A stretch of DNA of 64,000 nt, from the NCBI GenBank assembly GCA_021648085.1, contig JAKITS010000001.1, positions 45,434 through 109,433 on the forward strand. Reading direction: 5' to 3'. Position 1 is the first letter of the stretch. Every line of letters starts with the position of its first letter. Below are positions 59,752 through 64,000 of the stretch, one piece after another. The notes under the pieces were generated by a model. That model saw only the letters and a program-made list of their open reading frames with translations, did no database searches and was not told the DNA's origin. The stretch comes from Candidatus Magasanikiibacteriota bacterium (GTDB lineage Bacteria; Patescibacteriota; Patescibacteriia; Magasanikbacterales; UBA922). Made by a program: the position numbers and the translations under genes.

Positions 59752-60360
59752 ATGTATTCAAGACCTGTCAAAATTTTAATAAAAAGATATAAACTGCTTT
59801 TAACAGCGGGTATTATTGGTACTGCAATTGTTCTTACTATTAGTCTGCTTGTTTCTCCGTTAGAATATCGCGCAGACGCTCAAGTTCTTATTATTTCTCA
59901 GTCCAGACTTGGTGTGGATCCTTATACTGTGGTAAAGTCTGCAGAGCGAATAGGGGAGAATTTAATTCAAATCATGAAGACAGAAGATTTTTTGAACAAG
60001 GTTATAGAGCAAGATATTGAAGTTTTCAATGAGTTGAACCTTCAGGAATTGGACACAAGGGAAAAAAGAAAGTTATGGAATAAATCCACTTCAGCTTCTG
60101 TAGTTTATGGCACTGGTGTTTTGAATGTTTCTGCGTTCCATCAAAATTCAGAAATAGCAGAAAAATTATCAAAAGCAGTTGTAGATACTTTAGTTTTTAA
60201 AGGTTGGGAATATGTTGGTGGAGATGTGGTTATAAAGGTTATCAACAATCCAGTGGCTACAAAATTTCCCGTTAGGCCAAATTTACCATTGAATGCTTTT
60301 GCAGGTTTTGTATTCGGAACTATATTTATGGGGTTAATTCTTGTTAGAAAGTTTAGATAA
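59752..60360 (+). CDS. Wzz/CapA-like chain-length determinant N-terminal domain protein
   Basis: TM, YRADAQVLI, PVRPNLPLN + TM; ATG 6 nt after TGGTATAAT (possibly leaderless). Confidence 0.75.
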   Translation: MYSRPVKILIKRYKLLLTAGIIGTAIVLTISLLVSPLEYRADAQVLIISQSRLGVDPYTVVKSAERIGENLIQIMKTEDFLNKVIEQDIEVFNELNLQELDTREKRKLWNKSTSASVVYGTGVLNVSAFHQNSEIAEKLSKAVVDTLVFKGWEYVGGDVVIKVINNPVATKFPVRPNLPLNAFAGFVFGTIFMGLILVRKFR

Positions 60361-60446
60361 AAAATAAATTTAATAAAAATTCTGTGCTAAAATAAGCCAA
60401 AAAATTGGCTTATTTTTTATTTTTAGCTAAAATTAGCTAAATAAAC

Positions 60447-60475
60447 TTGACAAAACTATATTTTTATGGTATTTT
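60447..60475 (+). promoter_or_regulatory. Module 1 promoter
   Basis: TTGACA-17 bp-TATTTT with TG extension. Confidence 0.6.
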
Positions 60476-60634
60476 TATCTATCGTCTTTAAAACTTATAA
60501 GTTTGTGAAGTAAAAAGTTAAAAGTTCTTTTTTGTCATTTCTGGCTTGACTAGGAATCTAGGAGTCTTTATTAAATGAACAACGAAAGAAAGGTGTGGAT
60601 TTTTGGTCAAACTAAAAATAACAGAAAATATTCA

Positions 60635-60815
60635 CGTCATCCTGAGCGAAGCCGAAGGATCTCGAGAAAGTATCACCTTTCCTTCACGTCATCCTGAGCG
60701 GAATGAAGCAGGGCGGAATGAAGTCGAATGGATCTCGTAATAAAATCACAATACTTTAAATATTCATAATTCTGGTAATATAATCTCAAGATATTTCGGT
60801 TATGTTCAATATGAC
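60635..60815. repeat. CGTC-type REP cluster (60635-60664 +, 60687-60737 +, 60789-60815 -)
   Basis: CGTCATCCTGAGCGAAGCCGAAGGATCTCG consensus. Confidence 0.9.
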
Positions 60816-60983
60816 TTGTAATGTTTTATTAAAAATAAGGTGAGAATAATTTAGAAAATATAAAAATATTTTTTAAATCATCTTCATCAATTCTGATGAA
60901 GAACTGCTTTGGGTGAAAGCTCAAAATAGTGTTCGTGTTTTTTACAAACCATAATAATACTCACAATTCCTGAGGAGGAAAAA

Positions 60984-62504
60984 ATGAGCAAGGACAATGA
61001 CAATAATCACGGTTCGGAAATTTTGGAACTTGAAGTTGGTGGGGCTGACCTCCTTTTCAATGAAGGGGAGGCAGAAGATGTTGTCGACGCTTTGGCGGAG
61101 ACGACACTTGTAAATGCAGTTGTGGAAGAAGATGTTTCTTTCACAGTCATTCCCAGCCGAGACCAAGAAGAGGAGATTCAAAACCTCCTCGGAGCTCTAG
61201 GGAAAACAGGTGAGGAGTCTCCAGAAGACTCACTTCAAGCTTTCTCCAAAAGTGGGGATGACGAGGAGTGGAAACCTGCAGTAGTGGTGGAGGCTGAGAA
61301 GTCTACCACCAAAAAACAGGCAGCTGGAGCTCACCAAAAAGTAGAGGTTTTTTCCTCCAAAAAAATCCCGATAGGAACTCCAATTGGACTTCCTCATGGG
61401 AATACTCCCAGAATCCGAAAGGATTTGGGTGGGGTGCAGGAGATCTTGAGGGAGGATGGAACATCCAAACTCAAGGCTGTTCCTATGGATGGGAATACTT
61501 TAACAGCTCCTGTCACGGAGTTGTCGGAGTCTGCACAAGAGGAAGAGTTTTTCAAAGGTGGTGACACTCCACCAAAAGGCTTCAAAGCTGTTCAAAAAGA
61601 TGGTGAAAATCGTCTTGGAGATACATGGGTCGATGAAGATCCATCGTGGTTCGACCGAAACAGCTCAAGCATTTTGGGGTTTGGGATTATCGCTATTGTG
61701 GCGGTAATTCTTTCACTGGTGTTTTTGACTTTGGACATAGCCAAAGCTCCAAACCTCTCGACAGAGGAGCAGACCGCCGAAAAGTCGATAAGTTCCGAAA
61801 AACTCTTTCCTCCCACTTCAGATTCTTCTTCGGAAGAGGAGAAATGGACAGAGGAGGAAAAGAGAAACTTGGAGTCGGAAAAGGCTTTGTCACTTGCTGA
61901 GGAGAATCGCGAAAAGGCAGAAGATCTAGCAGAAGAGTTAGTTTCTTCCGCTACGAGCGCATCTCCAACTACCTCTCCTATTGGATTGGGAAGTACTACA
62001 GGAGCTCTTGATGTGGTGACAACAACAATCGGTGATGATTCTTCGAAAGAGGAAGTCGTTGTTGAAGTCAAAGAAGAAGTTGACTATTCCGAAGCATATG
62101 AAAATATACAAGGAGAAGTTGGTGGACTCGCCGAAGATGTTGAACTGTTCGCAGTCGATGTTCTCGGTGCGATTTCTGAAACTACTTGGCTTACTGTACG
62201 CACTCAACTTGCTAAAGAGGGTTCCGTCGCCGAAACCGAGGAAACAGATTCAGATGATGATTTGGACATTGAGTTCGAAGTCTCTGATGAACCTTCGGGT
62301 GGTGGATATTTTGATATGTCCACAGACGAAATTCTCGCACTAGACTACACAAATCCTCGCGGTGAGGATGATTGTGTGGCTATTATGAGTAGAGCTGGAT
62401 CGGACGAAGTTGGTGAGTTCGAAGGTATGCTCTGTTGCAGAAATCTCCAGATTCTTTCTGGAAAAGATGTGACAGATTGTCAAATTAGAGTGGAAAACTT
62501 TTAG
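60984..62504 (+). CDS. Acidic single-TM protein with Cys-rich C-terminal domain (paralog 1)
   Basis: GGAGGA SD; central TM; DYTNP..C..GMLCCRNLQI..DV.DCQIRV. Confidence 0.85.
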   Translation: MSKDNDNNHGSEILELEVGGADLLFNEGEAEDVVDALAETTLVNAVVEEDVSFTVIPSRDQEEEIQNLLGALGKTGEESPEDSLQAFSKSGDDEEWKPAVVVEAEKSTTKKQAAGAHQKVEVFSSKKIPIGTPIGLPHGNTPRIRKDLGGVQEILREDGTSKLKAVPMDGNTLTAPVTELSESAQEEEFFKGGDTPPKGFKAVQKDGENRLGDTWVDEDPSWFDRNSSSILGFGIIAIVAVILSLVFLTLDIAKAPNLSTEEQTAEKSISSEKLFPPTSDSSSEEEKWTEEEKRNLESEKALSLAEENREKAEDLAEELVSSATSASPTTSPIGLGSTTGALDVVTTTIGDDSSKEEVVVEVKEEVDYSEAYENIQGEVGGLAEDVELFAVDVLGAISETTWLTVRTQLAKEGSVAETEETDSDDDLDIEFEVSDEPSGGGYFDMSTDEILALDYTNPRGEDDCVAIMSRAGSDEVGEFEGMLCCRNLQILSGKDVTDCQIRVENF

Positions 62505-62575
62505 GAGGTGAGTAAAATCGACCGATTGTGAATATAGAAATATATCCACAATCGGTCGTAAACTACATTTTAGAC

Positions 62576-62604
62576 TTGACAAAAGTATAAAAATGTGGTA
62601 TAGT
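62576..62604 (+). promoter_or_regulatory. Module 2 promoter
   Basis: TTGACA-17 bp-TATAGT with TG extension. Confidence 0.7.
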
Positions 62605-62641
62605 TATATATTGATTTTTAAATAGAAAAGTGAAACATTTG

Positions 62642-63078
62642 CGAGATATTTCGACTCCGTTTCACTGCGCTCAATATGACGTAAAATAGTCATGTCATCC
62701 TGAGCGGAACAAAGTAAAGTCGAATGGATCTCGAGACAATATCACTTTTTCACACGTCATCCTGAGCGAAGCCGAAGGATCTCGAAACAGAATCACAGAG
62801 TATAAACATTAAAAATCACACACGTCATCCTGAGCGAAGTCGAAGGATCTCGAAACAGAATCACAGAGTACAAACATTAAAAACCACACACGTCATCCTG
62901 AGCGAAGTCGAAGGATCTCGAAACAGAATCACAGAGTACAAACATTAAAAACCACACACGTCATCCTGAGCGAAGTCGAAGGATCTCGAAACAGAATCAC
63001 AAAGTACAAACATTAAAAACCACACACGTCATCCTGAGCGAAGTCGAAGGATCTCGAAACAGAATCACAGAGTATAAA
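62642..63078. repeat. REP cluster with five 68-bp tandem units (30-bp REP + 38-bp near-identical linker)
   Basis: CGTC starts at 62755, 62823, 62891, 62959, 63027; extra REPs at 62642-62681 (-) and 62694-62733 (+). Confidence 0.95.
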
Positions 63079-63223
63079 AGAAAAAAGTGAGAATTGTTTA
63101 GAAAATATAAAAATATTTTTTAAACAATCTTCACTAATTCTGGTGAAGAAGTTCATTCCATATTATTTCATTCCTTTCCTTTCCTTCTTTTTTTCACGTT
63201 TTTAAAGCGTGAAGGAGAAAACA

Positions 63224-63739
63224 ATGTCCGAAGAAAAAAAAGAAAAAAAAGAACAAGAAGAACAAGAAGAACAAGAACAAAAAGAACAAGAAGAACAAGA
63301 AGAACAAGAAGAAGAGAGGGAGGTGGAGACACCTCTCAAGGAGAAAAAGACAATAAATTGGATTTGGGGAGCGCTTGCCATTTGGGCAAGTGTTCTCGTG
63401 ATTTGGGGATTGGCGAGTATTTTCTCCTCGGACGATGAGTTCGTAGAGAAAGAGTCGTCACCGCCGCCACCAGTGGTAGTGGCAACAACTTCAATCCCAA
63501 CTCCAATTTTATTACCTCCAACACCTATTGTGGTGAACGGGGTATGCTCATATCTTCCGGATTATACAAATCCCGGAGATGAGGACTGGTGCGTGAAAGT
63601 CGCACAGGAGGCAAAGAGACTTTGTTCTGGCGAAGATGCAGAATTCTACGGCATGCTTTGCTGTAGGAATTTGCAGATTAAAATCGACGACGATGTCGTC
63701 GATTGTCAGATTCGAGTCTCTAGTGTTTTTTATAGATAA
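63224..63739 (+). CDS. Single-TM protein with EQE repeats, Pro-rich stalk and the same Cys-rich domain (paralog 2)
   Basis: AAGGAG SD then ATG at 63224; DYTNP..C..GMLCCRNLQI..DV.DCQIRV. Confidence 0.85.
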   Translation: MSEEKKEKKEQEEQEEQEQKEQEEQEEQEEEREVETPLKEKKTINWIWGALAIWASVLVIWGLASIFSSDDEFVEKESSPPPPVVVATTSIPTPILLPPTPIVVNGVCSYLPDYTNPGDEDWCVKVAQEAKRLCSGEDAEFYGMLCCRNLQIKIDDDVVDCQIRVSSVFYR

Positions 63740-63803
63740 GGAGGAATGAAAACAGCCAGATTTGTGATTTCTCACAAATCTGGCTGTAAAATACTTTTTA
63801 CAC

Positions 63804-63832
63804 TTGACAAAAGTTAGAAAGTATGCTATTAT
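63804..63832 (+). promoter_or_regulatory. Module 3 promoter
   Basis: TTGACA-17 bp-TATTAT with TG extension. Confidence 0.7.
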
Positions 63833-63892
63833 CTTATATTATTTAAAAAGTGAAAATTATTATTAAAATTTTGAGTTAAAGTGAATTGGTTG

Positions 63893-64000
63893 CGAGATAT
63901 TTCGACTCCGTTTCACTCCGCTCAATATGACGTAAAATAGTTGCATCATCCAAAAAAATAGAAATTATCTTAAAGAAATATTTTGCAACACGTCATCCTG
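63893..64000. repeat. Start of another REP cluster, truncated by the window end
   Basis: 63893-63932 nearly identical to 62642-62681; CGTCATCCTG at 63991-64000. Confidence 0.9.

Noticed and set aside
62755-63078. CRISPR array (30-bp repeat, 38-bp spacer)
   Set aside because: Spacers are near-identical, the repeat is the dispersed REP found in both orientations elsewhere, and no cas gene is present
1-64000. Alternative genetic code 25 (TGA=Gly)
   Set aside because: Conserved genes translate full length under code 11 and TGA ends genes at expected places (smc, ybeY)

Overview
Low-GC chromosomal segment that looks like a Patescibacteria/CPR genome (Parcubacteria-type, resembling Magasanikbacteria; inferred from gene content, not from a marker search), standard code 11. 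It carries a PrgI/VirB4-type T4SS-like cluster, comF, five tRNAs, smpB-tmRNA, housekeeping genes (clpP, nrnA, a short smc, rpsP, khpA, lepB, hisS, rpsU, ybeY, dgkA, ftsA, ftsZ, nrdR, pyk, ppsA, infC-rpmI-rplT), a surface-protein operon with a 3395-aa VirB2-pilin-led Cys-rich protein, three MORN-variant lipoproteins, an ECF sigma/anti-sigma/target module and an MFS gene with an attenuator-like leader. Most notable: (1) a repeated module at 60.4-64 kb (promoter, CGTC-type REP cluster, covarying two-hairpin leader, membrane protein with a shared new Cys-rich C-terminal domain, SD-like motif plus hairpin); (2) a family of structured elements behind three tRNAs that covary and end in a copy of the tRNA 3' end; (3) rpsU with a near-perfect SD and a CTG start where the other core genes checked lack SDs, suggesting bS21 autoregulation; (4) a PEP synthase fused to a membrane anchor and extracytoplasmic domain; (5) several unannotated structured-RNA candidates. 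No integrase, transposase, reverse transcriptase or cas gene was recognised.
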